Below are positions 47,753 to 61,274 of a stretch of DNA of 64,000 nt, piece after piece. The first letter of the stretch is position 1. Every line of letters begins with the position of its first letter. The position numbers were made by a program, and so were the translations under genes. Where the stretch lies: assembly GCF_001194135.2 (NCBI RefSeq), contig NC_068981.1:112436475-112500474 (forward strand), read 5' to 3'. Under the pieces are notes generated by a model. It did no database searches and was not told the DNA's origin. It saw only the letters and a list, made by a program, of their open reading frames with translations. This DNA comes from Octopus bimaculoides. Lineage: Eukaryota.

Positions 47753-50006
47753 ATGTAGGACAGTTATAACTACCACTCTTAAAAGTTTCAAACCTTCTAG
47801 AATACACCACATATGTATTGTTCTTATTGTGAAGTATGCCATTGTACACCAGTAATGTATTTGTGAACCAGATAGAACATCAGATTTCTATTTCTAATTA
47901 AGATTATTTCATTCACATTGTCAGTACTCTCCAGAAACACATGAGCATAATACCATTTCTTACTTTTGTGCCCATGAATCTAATATTCTGAGTCTATTTT
48001 AAGGGTTAATTGTATTAGGATGAGTTCCTTTGATGAAGTGGAAAGTTCTTGGCAATTTTGATCTCCAAAATAGTTTCAGATTTTAGGTGAAAGTACTTGT
48101 TTCCTAATAAAATATTTGTGAGAAAGCATGAACATCACAATCAGCTATTTCTTTTCACTAGTTCTGAAATATTTAACCATTATTATGTTTATTGCATGAA
48201 AATATTTTTGCATGAAGCTTAAAACAATTTATTTTGATTTTAACCCACTCTCCTCCCTATCTATGATAAAAAAAACAAACGACTGGTTTTACCACCACTA
48301 CTTGCTAAAATCATTTAATGTGGCTGATTTTTCTCCTAAAAAGTATTACACTTAATGAAGTTTCTACAACACATTGTGAAAATATTAAGTGTATGCTTAT
48401 ATTTACATTGATATTTAAATAATTTAATATTTTTTAAAATAACACTTATTGTTATATTAGGTATCAATATGAATTTTCGAAAATATGTAACTTCTACTTT
48501 ACTTTTTCTTGGAGAGCATCCTAAAAGAAACATTTTCGATAAATATTTTAGGAAATATGACATTTTGAATGGTTGAAATCTTGTCTAATTAGCCTAAATA
48601 ATTGGACATATTTGTGGTGTCATATCTTCAAAACTGAGGTGAAAATCATCTTTAAATCACACAAATTAATGGTGTTCATGGGATAGCAGTTGCCAATTTT
48701 CCAGATTCTTGAAAATGAAACTTTTTTTTTGGCGATTTTTAAAAAAAAATCATGTAAAACCTATTTCATTGCATGTAACAAACAGATGATTTTGTGATGT
48801 GAGCATAAGGATTTAATGTGTTTTGAGACCTAGCTAATTCCAAAAGTACAAGTCACAAAGGACTTAGTTTTGGTACATTTGTAGTAGGTAAAGAACTAAA
48901 AAAAAAGAATCCTGAGATTTTGAGACAGGATACTATTTTAAATAAAATTTGAATGGACTTTATTAAAAATGACTATAAACAATTAAATGACAGAGTTTGA
49001 GATTGAGATGCCCACATATAAGTTGGATCTTCTTTGTTTTGACAAAAAAAATATTTTCAGACAAAAGGGTGTATAATTTAAGTGGGATTTAGCTGTTGTT
49101 TCTAGCACATCCCATGATCACCTGGTATCTTCCTTGTTTCTTCAACACCCATCCTTCAGCACCAAGCAACTCCGTGTGTAAGGAAAAACATTTGCTAACA
49201 AAAGTATGCTAGTAAAAATTTTGTTTTTAATTTATGATTTTTTTTCAAATCCTTGCTTCCTTTATTTTTGTTTATAATTTTTCAAATATTGGAGAGCCTG
49301 AGAAGGTCATTACTGGGGTTTATCCACAGTGATTTAAAAGAGGTATGCAAAACATTATTTATTTTAATAGCATACTTTTCTGATAGTAAATATGTTTATT
49401 TTTCTTACACACACAGAGCCTAAAAATAATTTTTCTTTCTTCTTTTCTTAAATCTCAGCAATGGATTGCCCTTGAGCTAAACAAAACTCACATGACATGT
49501 CAGAATGACAAAGAAACGAGGAAGGTAACAAGTGGTCATGGGAAGTGCTTGAAATAATAGCTAAATCTACCTTAAATCACACACCTTTCTGTCTGAAAAT
49601 ATTTTCTAAAAATTATTTTTTTGCCAAAAGTCTTCTCTTATCATTTTGAAGTGTGCAGTGCAAAAAAGCCTGACCAAAATTGGTTCAGAGGGGCTGTGGT
49701 GTAAAAGAAAATCATACATTTACATCCAAAGTATTGGTGAAAAAAAAATTGGAGAAATCCCCATCAAAATGAAAAAAATCCAACTTCTGTATGTGTCTTG
49801 ATCCAAAACTGTCAAATTATAGTAATTGCATGAAAAGCTAGTGATGGCCTTTAGGCCATCACTAGCTTTTCATGCACTTTCAGATATAACTATATTGCAA
49901 TCTGTTATCAGTAGGGGGCTCAGTTTTGATACACTGGTATGGGGTATAAAACTCAATCCTTTCTCTAAGTTGGGAGCTTCACAATACATTTAATAGGTAT
50001 TCCATG

Positions 50007-52376
50007 GAAGGGGAGCACAGTTTGACCACACAAAAATCCATCTTCTACTTGATCATTTTCATGTCAAAATGCATTTTTTCCATAGACAATTATCATTTGG
50101 AAGTTCTGCATGTGAACTTTTTTCTCATATACTTTTGATCAAAATCTGACACTTGAATATCATGCCATGTCCCCTCAATCACCCTTGTATTTCCACCCAT
50201 TTACAACATTTGTCCTGTTTTTGTTTTTGACTGATGAACAGTAGTGCTAGTTTTAGTTCATTGCTCTGGAGCATTATAACTCAATTTGTGTTTAAATTGA
50301 TACAGTCATGAAGGGGACTTTTTTGCTTTATTTTCATATGAAAATTAATGAGTATAGGTCAGATAATCATTATGAAATGTAAAAGTAAAAATTTATTTAG
50401 ATCTTGCTCTCCACACATTGTTAAAACAGTGAAAGGGAATAAATAACATTCTCAGCACAATGATTCCATGCTAATTTTGGGCTCTAGAAGTCTTATGCAA
50501 CTCAATTTAGTGCATTTTTTCATAGAAATGTTTGCTTACCAATTAGTTTTTCCATTTCTTGAAATTCTGGTTCAAAGCATTGGATTTATGTTTCATTTCA
50601 GCTCTTGTCACAAAGGAATATGCCATTTTGACAAGTAACATCAGTGGTATTCCTATTTTTATTGACTTTGTACTTTTGCATCATATTGTGGCCAGATTTG
50701 GCATTTACCATATTGAATTTATGGCAATTTTTTTCTTTCTTATTGTATCAAAATCCTGAAGATTAATGATAAAATTTTGACATTATATTTCATAACAATT
50801 ATCTGATGTACACCCATCAATTTTTATATCAAAATAAAACAAAATAATGTCCTTTTCATGACTACCATTTTCAACACAACTCAAATTATAGCACTCCAGT
50901 GCCTTGAACTAGAAGTAGTGCTACTTTTCAGCGATCAAGAACAAAAATGAGACAAACATTGTGAAATACGAAGGTGATTGACGGGACCTGGCATGATATT
51001 TAAGTCTGAGATTTTTATCAAAGGTATTAGGTTGTCTGGAAAGTTCTGGGCATTTTTAAGCTAAATCTTTTAACATTTCATTGAACACACCTGAAACGTA
51101 ACACAGTTAAAACTTTGGCGTTGCCTAAAGTGGTAGTACATCTCGTTGTTTCTGACTAAAAATAGATTTATCTTTTATTTCGGTTACCCTTTTCGGTTAC
51201 TTTTGAAATAGATAACCAAAAATTTCATATTCACGTTGTAACATTTTTCTTTTTTAAACAGGAGAAAAAGGTGCAAAGACTTGCAAAAACATTTGTAAGG
51301 TTTATGGTGATGATACTGTAGGTGGATCAACTGTTCAAAGGTTGTTTGCAAAATTTAAAGCTGGAGAGTTTAGCTTAAAAGATGGCAGTTACTGTGAAAG
51401 ACCTTCAGAATTGTTTTGAAGGCAAAAATTGAAGAAAACCCAAATATCACGACTAGAGGACTTGCAGAGGAGTTGGAAGTTTCTAAAAGTATAGCTCATG
51501 AACACCTAGAGAAGCTAGGATACACTCCTCATTATAACGTATAGGTCCTTCACAAACTCTCAGAAAAAAATTGCTTAGACTGGTATTCCATTTGTAATAT
51601 GCTTTTGAAATGGAATGAAAGTATGTTTTTTTTAAACAACTTGTAACTGGAGATGAAAAATGGATTGTGTATGAAAATGTAGTGCAAAAAATATCCTGAA
51701 GTTTGCATAAGGATACCCCAAAACAGCAACCAAAGATGACTATCTATGTCAAAAAAGCTATGCTTTGTGTTTGGTGGGATCATAAAGGCATTATTTATTA
51801 TGAGCTTCTCCCACAAAACCAGATCATTAATTCTGATGTGCACTGTCATCAGCTGACTAATTATAACCAAAACAAATCAAAGTAATGAAGCCAGGGACTG
51901 CCAACAGGAAAAGGGTAGAGTTCCAACAAGATAATGCCCGACCACACGTGTCTTTGGCTTCCTGAACAAAGTTACATGAACTTGACTGGGATCTCTTACT
52001 CCATATTCTCCTGATATTGTGAAATCTGACAACCACTTGTTTTTGTCTCTACAGAACTCATTACAAGGAACTCATTCAAAACCACTCAAATTTTATGCTG
52101 ATGGAATATTTAAATTGCCTGATAGATGGACAAAGGTCAACAATAATAATGGAAATTATTTCATTGAATAAAATTTAATGAAAGGCGAATTATTTATATC
52201 CCATTTTGCATTTTAAAAAACACTCAGAACTTTCCAGACAACCTAATATATGAGAAGAAAGTCCACATGCAGAACTTTTAAATGATATATATAATTGTCT
52301 GTAGTAAAAATGTATTTTGACATGAAATGATCAAGTAAAAAGTGGGTTTTTGTGTAGTCAAACTGTATGCCCCTTC
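50007..52376. mobile_element. Non-autonomous element with about 125 bp imperfect TIRs, containing a nested mariner
   Basis: 50007-50130 (GAAGGGGAGCACAGTTTGACCACACAAAAATCC...TTCTCATAT) is the inverted counterpart of 52247-52376. No TSD was identified. Confidence 0.65.
51027..52246 (+). mobile_element. Mariner DNA transposon, decayed
   Basis: TIRs TTAGGTTGTCTGGAAAGTTCTG / CAGAACTTTCCAGACAACCTAA with TA on both sides. Motifs: TGDEKWIVY, CVWWDHKGIIYYELL, QQDNARPH, YSPDIVKSDNHLF. Confidence 0.95.
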
Positions 52377-52667
52377 TACAGAGCTTTACAGGGATACGTA
52401 GTAATATACTTGATTTTCTCAAAATAGTCCATAAAGTATGAAAATGGCTTCACAACTTATGCATGTTTCACTTCTTCATTTTATTATTTAAAATTTTATA
52501 ACTTTCATATGCCTTTTTTTTAATCTCTGAGAAAAGAAAAAAAGAAAAAATTCAACTAAACCTGCCTTGTTTTGTTCCCTTTTCCATTGCATGCAGTATA
52601 AACCAATTGAAATGCTTCAGGATTTAAGTGACTTGGATGTAAGTATCTTCACCCACTCATTCTCTAA

Positions 52668-52698
<31 letters not shown>

Positions 52699-54534
52699 CT
52701 TTCTTTTCCATCTTTATTTTATTTGTTCCAAAAACATAGCTCTGGTTTTTTATCAACATTGTCTCTCTTCTTTTTATGTCATTGATTTTGTTCTTGTGCG
52801 TGTGATATTGACTTTTTTATATTTCTTCAGAGTTTGATTCTTAAATTATCATATTTTAAATTCCATTACAAATTTGTTTTAACTCAAGGTTAAAATGATG
52901 GAATACAAGATTTTATACAAGATGTGTGGAAGTTGAGAAGATTTTGTACTTGTAAAAATTGTAACTACTAGCTGTAAAAGTATTTGCAAGTTACAGTAAG
53001 TGGTTGATTGGGTGAAAGCATATCTAATGCTGTCTTTAGCCAAGTCCACTCCAGTGCAAGTGTTTGGACTGGAATATTCTTTCTCACTCAGATTCAGACC
53101 TGAAAGTTCTTTTTACGCCCACATTCAAGCCAGAAAGTTTCCTCTCCACCTTCATTTTTCCTTCATATCCAGGTTGGGCACCAGTCTGAGTTGGTCTAAA
53201 AAATTTATAGATACTACTTCTTTTCCTCTGGTTAACTTATTTAAAAAGAGAGAGAGAGAAAAAGAGAAATTAAAAAGTTGAAGTGATAGATATTAGAGAT
53301 TAATTAAAAGAGGTTAATAATGGTATTGTGGTATGAAATTCTAAAATAAAATTAACTTTAGAAAATGTATTAAAGAATCAAAGAAGGATGCTACTGTTGT
53401 CACTAAGTTGTTCTGCATATTAATTCAGACCATGAAAACTATGAGGAAAATAATGTTAAAGATGTAAGGGATACTAATGATATTATTAACCTAATTTCTA
53501 GGAAGAATGGAGAACTTAGATTATTTTAATTTATTTTTAAAATAATGGACATTTTAGAGATGTAGATGACTGCAATATCTATTGCTACAATGACTTCTTT
53601 CTTGTAAAAGTAAACTTCATTTCCTAAATAAATATTGTAGATATATTTACCAATAGATTGTGAAATCTGGATAAGAGGTTTTATATTCTACTTTATTTTC
53701 CTGTTGATTAATTACTATAGTATTGCAAACCATGGTAGTCAGTGAAGTTATTTGGAATATTGTTTAAAAGTTTAGCACATCAAATTGATAAGATTGGCTA
53801 AGAAGGGTTGGTTATGAGTGTTTAACAATAACATAGATGAGATGTTGGGTGAATGATAAGGGTAGTCATTCCTGTTCAATTTATCGTTCATTTCATTGTT
53901 AAATGTTTGCTTGGAGCACAGCAGTCCGAAGAAAAAAAATGTCATGTTCTGTTCATAATAAGTACAGTGTGTGTTAAGAGAAAAGCAAGAATATACATGT
54001 GAAATTGCTGAGTATGCTAGTATTAGTACAGGCAGTTTTTGGTGGGTGGGGTTTTACAACACATTTTAACAAGAATTTGCTGGCCATAATGCTTCAGTGC
54101 TCACATTTCTAAGCTCCTGACATTCAGACTGTCTGCGTGTAAAGTTTTCTCTTTTCTCTTCAGATGTGGTCTCTTTTCATATGTTTTAGAACAAATCTGA
54201 CTAGACTGACCTATAGGGATGTTATCACTTGAAAAGCCAAGACGTTTACATATTATTTCACTGGCCAGATTTTCACTGATGTTCTAATTCAACTTGAAAA
54301 ATTCAGTCTTTGTTTACGAAAAGTTTATGATTTTAAAGAAAACTGTCCAAGTTCAAATGGAAGCAGAGACCTACTCCAAGTTGAGGACTCACATATGTTA
54401 ATAGTCTAATGATTAAAAGACATAAAAGCAGGGCTTAAAAATTTCATGTGGCCTAAAATGTTAAGATATGTAAATGTTGATATTACATAGATTAGTTAAA
54501 ATCTCTACATTTATTGGTACCACAATCGAGTCAA

Positions 54535-55849
54535 GAATTTCTGTTGAAATACACCGTGTTCATTTAAATTAATTCTGTGGTTAACTGGGATGATAGTTTT
54601 TGTGTGCAGCAGATGCACAGGGGAAATAAACACCAAAGATGTTCAGAAAACAAATTCCATCACATGCTAGGGAGAGAAACTAGAAGTAGTTGATAGCTTC
54701 CGCTACCTAGGTGACCAAGTCTGTAGTGGGGGTGGATGCTCTGAAAGCATTGCCACTAGAATAAGAATGGCCTGGGAAAAGTTCAGAAAGCTCCTACCTC
54801 TGCTGGTAACAAAAGGGCCTCTCGCTCGGAGTGAAAGGTAGACTGTCTGATACATGTGTGCAAACAGCCATGCTACATGGCAGTGAAATATGAGCCATGA
54901 CTGTTGAGGACATATGTAGGCTTGAAAGAAATGAAGCTAGTATGATCTGCTGGATGTGTAATGTCAGTGTGCACACACGACAGAGTGTAAGCACCCTGAG
55001 AGAAATGTTGGACATAAGAAGCATCAGATGTGGTGTACAAGATAGACGACTGCACTGGTATGGTCATGTGCTACATATAGATGAGGAGAGCTGTGTAAAG
55101 AAATGTCACACCCTAACAGTGAAAAAAACCTATGGATGAGGGAGACCCAGGAACACGTAGGATGAGGTGGTGAAGCACGACTTTCGAATGTTGGGCCTCG
55201 CAGAGACAATGACAAGAGACCTTTGGAGATATGCTGTGATTGACCTGGCAAGTAGAGTGAGATCACAGCCGTAGCCTATACCAGTGTCACATAACCATCC
55301 CATTTAAAAGTACCCTTGAATCATCTGGTGACATGCTGTGCTTGAGAAGCCCTATTGAGTCAAGTAAAATCAAAAATCAAGATCGAAATCAAAATGGAAA
55401 TTGTAGTTGTGGCTGATGCCAGTGCCGCCTGACTGACACCCCATGCCTGTGACACATAAAAAGTACCATCCAAACATGGTCAATGCCATTGCTTCCTGAC
55501 TAGCTCCCATGCCGGTGGCACATGAAAAGCACCCACTACTCTCTCAGAGTGGTTGGCATTAGGAAGGGCATCCAGGTGTAGAAACCTTGCGGCATCAGAT
55601 TGGAGCTTGGCTCAGCCTACTGGCTTGCCAGTCCCCAGTCAAACTGTCCAACTCATGCCAGCATGGAAAACTGACATTAAACAATGATGATGAATTTAGT
55701 AAAATAATATTATCATCATTAATCTGGTGTTTAAAACATAAATTAATATAAAAGTTTGATGGGAAATTTTAAATTAGTTCACTTTAAAACAGGAGACTTG
55801 TATCATAAAACTAAGAGTGGTCACATGTGAGTTGGTTTTAAAAGGGTTA
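54535..55849. mobile_element. TTAA-terminated (piggyBac-like) MITE split by an RTE insertion
   Basis: The right end is ...AAAAGGGTTAA. The pieces ATTTCTGTTGAAATACAC...(54535-54585) and GAATTTAGTAAAATAA...(55693-55849) appear contiguous once the RTE is removed. Family recognised from memory. Confidence 0.5.
54590..55692 (+). mobile_element. 5'-truncated RTE LINE
   Basis: IVFVCSRCTG...LEVVDSFRYLGD...LHGSEI...RRLHWYGHV...GRPRNT, then the 3' UTR and (GAT)n tail as at 8866-10850. Confidence 0.92.
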
Positions 55850-56143
55850 AAGTAAAATTTCTCAGAACCACATTCATGGTACTAGATAGGCAGTATGCTA
55901 GTATATCATTGTTAATCTTGATATCTGAAACAAATAGAGATCAATGCCTCAGCTCATAAATACTTCTACTTTATATATAAATATATATATTTAAGGAAAG
56001 TTTCTAAGTATGTGAAACTTAACTGGCAGTTTCTTCAGAAAGAAATGTTGATGTAGAATCTTTTTTTGTTTTAATGTTATCAGGAAATGTGTTGTATTTT
56101 ATGATTTGATATTTGTTTTATAAATTGTCACTTTTTCTTTTAG

Positions 56144-56213
56144 TATTCACCCAAACTAAATTACAAAAAGAAATCATTATATGGAAGGAAACTTCGGCCA
56201 CAGTCAGTCATTG
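56144..56213 (+). CDS. Candidate internal exon of host gene (phase 0-1)
   Basis: CTTTTTCTTTTAG acceptor, GTGAGT donor, 70 nt: YSPKLNYKKKSLYGRKLRPQSVI+G. Phase-compatible with both the 26707 and 59055 exons. Confidence 0.65.
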
Positions 56214-56668
56214 GTGAGTTGTACATTGTTGTTGGTATTATTATAAGTAATATGTGTGGGTGTGTGTGTGTGTGTGTGTACGAGTAAGTAGACTAACAAA
56301 AGAAAGGGCACTCGACACATTTATTGGGAGATACATTTATGGATCAAAACAGTTTGATTCATATTCCATGCTACTTAAAGGTTTCCAAGCCCCTAACGGG
56401 ACTTTACATGAGGCTGCTGGAAATCCAAATAAATATTCATTAAAATTTTCACCAGCCTGATGAAAAATCCTGGTAGCACAGAATCCGAATCAAACTCTTT
56501 TGGTTCATATATATAGCAAACTAAATATTTTATCATATTCAGTTACTTCCCTTTGCATTCTGACTTTAAATCCTATAAAGTTGACTTAGTCTTTTAATTC
56601 AGTAGAAATCAATAAAATAAGTTTTCTAGCATTGATTCAATTAACTAGAATATTTCTGAACAAATTTG

Positions 56669-57412
56669 GGATCTTTCTGAATTGACGGGCACCACTTGTT
56701 TTCTTAATGAAACACTTTCAAACTTGGGATACTGGTAGAATGTGTCATATAAAACATCTTTTTCTCTTAGCCTTCTTAACAAAAATTTCTATATTGCAAG
56801 TTATTTCATGTTAAAGCTGTCATATTTCTGTAATTTCAACCAATCACTGACGTCTATACAGCTGAATACAGTTACTGCTGTTTTTGTAAACAATAACTTT
56901 TGCTGGTGTCAAGATCGTTATTCCCTGGTAATTATATCATTATTCCCTAGTAAGGGTTTAGGGTTTTACCATTAGGGTTACGGTTATCAGTTAGGTTATG
57001 GCAAAAATAATTATAACCCTAACCGTAACCCTAACTCTAAAACCCGAACCCTAACCCTAACCCTAAAACCCTAAAGCTAAAATCCAGTACAAACGCACGA
57101 ACGATGTTATAAATAACAGTACCACTGATAGTTGTTGACAAACAACGGCACTAATTTTATTCAAGGGAAAAGATCCCATTACACCACACGTATGGTGTTC
57201 ACAATTCACAGCAGTAATTGTTTTCACCTCAATAGACGTCAGTGATTGGTTGAAATTACCGAAATACGACAATTTTTTACATGAAATAACTTCGAATACA
57301 AAAATTTTTATCTGTTCTATATACAAGTGTACGAAGTTTGAAAGTGTTTCGGTACCAAAAACACTACATAAAACATAAATGAAAAGTGGTGCCCGTCAAT
57401 TCAGAAAGATCC
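56669..57412. mobile_element. Foldback MITE with long TIRs and internal inverted telomeric-type repeats
   Basis: Terminal GGATCTTTCTGAATTGACGGGCACCACTT is exactly inverted at 57384-57412, and imperfect arms extend over 200 bp. The flanks CAAATTTG / GAAATTTG form an 8 bp TSD with one mismatch. The centre has TTAGGG-like then (CCCTAA)n repeats. Confidence 0.85.
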
Positions 57413-59054
57413 GAAATTTGTGATTGCAACAAAAACTTAATTCTTGTTGATTTTATTGAGGCTAAATTTGATCTTTGATCCATATCAAGTTGAAGGTAAT
57501 ATGTTGTCAATTGAATATACCTTGTCAAGAAAGTTGATGGTAAAGAAATTTGGTTTCTATTCATAGTGTTTTGATATTGCACTGTATCTTTACTATATAA
57601 GTTGCTGAAGCCCAATTTAAATTTATGGCTATCATATCTGTACTTAGAATGTAATGTACTTTTATATCATAAAACTATGATCCTTTGCACATGTATGTGT
57701 TTTTTTTTTTTTTTGCTTGAATAATTTTATGTATCTTATCTCAGTTTATTTAAGACCTGACTTATTTGGTTTATTGCTACTACAGATACCTTTTCCCCAT
57801 CAGCTCACACTGTTTCACCCTGCATGAATTAAACAATCCTTGTATGTTCATCAATGATGACAAGTCATATCTCAACATGTACTTATGATGTTCAGTTACT
57901 TTTCCAAATAATTAAATCTCTGTATTGTTATTTCTTTATGTATATCCAACAAACTATGCTCAATTCATTCTTTTCCAGTTACTGAACATTACTTGTTATT
58001 GCAAATTACATTTCATAATTTTATACATTTTATATGCCTCATATTGAAATTATATAGAAAGAAGTCTTATGTAATTGTTGTTTAGTTTCAGGTCAGTTCT
58101 AATCCATTTGACCTTAGATCAAAAGTCAAAGCTAGAGCAACCATGAAAGTTCTATCTCTTTTTTTTTTTTTTGTGCAGGGAGAGGGGCTAGAGATGGTAT
58201 ATCTAGGACTACATCATTCAATGCATCCTTTCAGTTTTTAAACTAATACGGACATTTGGTTATTATTTTTTGAAGGTTAAGCTACCATATAAAAGTTCTA
58301 ATAAAATTTGTAGCTAGAAAATTTAGTTTGCCAATAAATGTAGCATCTTTCCAAACTTCTTGCATCAGCTATAATATGCAGGAGAAACCACTATTGTGAA
58401 TTGATGATGAATACTGAAAATTTCAGGTGTTGATAAGTGAAAAGTTTTCATGGTATATAAAAACAAAGCAAGTAGCAAGATCTAATCTCAAGATATTAGG
58501 CCTTACAGATGCATTGACTCAAGACAAATTGTGGTAAGCACGAAAAACTTCTATGCTCAGCATTAATGATGATATTTAGGTAACACTGCTTATATACAAC
58601 TTCTATATCTAGTTGTATATGACCTTCAATTCTTGGCTACTTGCATCAGTATTTGTTCCAGTTATACTGAGTATGAAATTATCAAATTGTATAGATAATT
58701 TTTGTTTCCATTTACCTGCATTTTTTTTTATCAATCTTCTTTTAAAAGATTTAAACCTTTCATATCCCAAAAATGACAATTTCTGATTTTTGAGACCAAT
58801 TTTTGTCATCTATGATTTTTATATCAAGAGAAGCCATGTAACTAATGATGTAATCCTATTTTGATATGTATTGTCAAAAATAGTTGGGTGGAAAATATGT
58901 TATTTTTATTTTATTGTATTTGTACATTATTTTGAAAATCTATATATTTCTTATTGTAAATTTTAAATGTATGTATTAAAAATAATTATTCAACTAATAT
59001 ATCCATGAAATTTTATTCACCCATAATATATTCATTGCCAACTCAATCAATCAG

Positions 59055-59342
59055 ATCATGAAGCTGTGCAGCAAGCATTGAAGATGCATGCTGAAAAATC
59101 AGCGGTGCACACCTATGATGAACAGGAGGAAGTGATTGAGGAAAGTACTGATGCTACAGAAGAGAGTGGAATAGGGAGCAATGTTACAGGAATACATCGT
59201 GTGATGGTTGGCAGCTCACAGTTGATGAATCACAACATGATATCCTCTGGGTCTGAAATTTCTCTCAGTAGTCTCCTTTCAATGGCAGGCAGTTCCCAAA
59301 AACATCCTGATCTTGGCCCTAACAGGATGACCAAGTCAGCAA
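59055..59342 (+). CDS. Candidate internal exon of host gene (phase 1-1)
   Basis: TCAG acceptor, GTAAGA donor, 288 nt open: (D)HEAVQQALKMHAEKSAVHTYDEQEEVIEESTDATEESGIG...LGPNRMTKSA. It joins the 56144 exon as G+AT = Asp. Confidence 0.75.
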
Positions 59343-59476
59343 GTAAGAGTTCACTTCCTCTTGCAAGTTGGATACCACCTCAGTTTTTATGTCAGACATT
59401 TTTAGTGTTTGATTTCTGTTACTTTTTGTGCTTGCAGCCTTGAGTGTTGTGTGTGTATAAATACATAGACAATACA

Positions 59477-59507
<31 letters not shown>

Positions 59508-61236
59508 TTGTGATAATGAACAGAAGAAAAAGTACTCAATGCATGCTGTAGAGTATAATTAGTTGATTTATTGTGTGTGTGAGTGTGTTTGTATATATAT
59601 ATATTTATATACACACACATATATTGCATATAAATCAATCAATCATAATATACACTTAAAGCATACTGAAAGAAATATAACAAAACAATTATATGTCCAT
59701 TTTTCTTTGTGAGTATGTTCCAAAATGAATCAAAGAATATGTTAGATTGAAAGAATATTTTGTATTGAGAATTAAATCTCAACTAAGAGTTTTTGACATA
59801 CATCTTTCAGTATCCAAGTTCATGTCATTGGCCCATTTGAATTATTTTTCTCAGCTCATGTTTCATCATGAAAATTAGATTTTCCAAAAATTATTTGTAA
59901 TTTTTTTTTAATTATGTAAATTAACTTCAAGAAATGTGTTGTGTCTTGGGAAAATCATTATGCCTGTAGAGAAATTAATTCTTAATTTCTTGAATGTATC
60001 TACGTTTTCTTTGAGAGTTGCTAGCAATTACTACTAGGTTTTTGTTTTCTTTCTCTAACTAAAATGGACATTTCAGTTCAGATTGTTTTGTGTATACTAT
60101 TCACTTATCCTCCTTAAATTATCACATCCATGCCATTGGCCCATTTGAGTCAGCTAATTATATCTTTAATAAAAGTTTATTGTTAATTAATAGTCATTTG
60201 AAATAGCACAACATTTACTTCATAAAAAGTTGGAATATCTAAATTTTATGAAAGTATTATAAAAAAATTTTTATATAAACTTCTGTATGACAAAAACTTC
60301 TTACCTGGAAATGATGGTAGATGTTTGTAGTATTAGAATATACAATGTTGGTTTTCTTAAACTATCTAATCACACACTGGTAGAATCCTGGTAAATTGAA
60401 TCTGCAACTAAGTTTTTGTTCCAAGTTAAAATAATTTCCTTTATAGCATGTTTTCAAATACTGTGTCTTTAGGCACTTAATGACCACATATGATCTGCAG
60501 AAAAGTCCGAAATGGCAGAGTATTTTTTAAAAGAACCATTTGTAATCCATCATATTAGTGTATGTGTATTTCTTCATGGCAAAGTGCAATGTCTGCACTC
60601 CTATCTCTTTTTAAATGATTTTAATATAAAATTTTTTAAAGCTTAAGGTGAGCCATAATACTTTTAGCACCTAGTTTTAGAGTACTATAGATGATAAAGG
60701 TTTGATTGTTAGAAAAGTATTCACAATATTATATCGTCCCCACCATAGGTATATGTATGATTTAGAAATCATTTTCTTTGTGTTGAATCCCACCCAATCT
60801 TTCTGTATGTATTTGTGATGTATTAATAAATTTACATGTATGTGCAGCTCTCTGTTGCATTACAATGCATGGTATTATATTTTTGTTAACTGTTACTTTT
60901 CCCACTCATTTGTACCATCATATAATAGTGTAGTTGCTTGCATGTTTTTAATATAATGATTTGATCTGACCCATCAACTGTATCTATTTTTTTTCTTTTT
61001 TTTTCTGGAGGATAAAAAAATATTAGAAATATTCACTTGAACTAAAGTTGGACTGTGGGCATGTGTTTATATGCGTGTAAATTCTACCCTCAAATGCCTT
61101 TCATGTCACCAACTCTTACCTGTTTCAAAGCAAGATGATATTTCGTCTATTTCTACTATAGCTCTGGGCTGACATGAGTGGATTTCATAAATGTAAACTG
61201 AAAGAAGCCCATCATATACATACATGAGAGCATGTA

Positions 61237-61273
<37 letters not shown>

Positions 61274-61274
<1 letters not shown>

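Noticed and set aside
53040-53172. Possible additional plus-strand exon (PSPLQCKCLDWNILSHSDSDLKVLF...)
   Set aside because: The donor is weak (GTTGGG), and neither open frame is phase-compatible with the 56144 exon. Left uncalled pending RNA-seq.
56950-57075. Ancestral telomere-telomere chromosome fusion site
   Set aside because: The repeats are short, degenerate and enclosed by TIRs with a TSD-like flank, so a transposon origin is more parsimonious.
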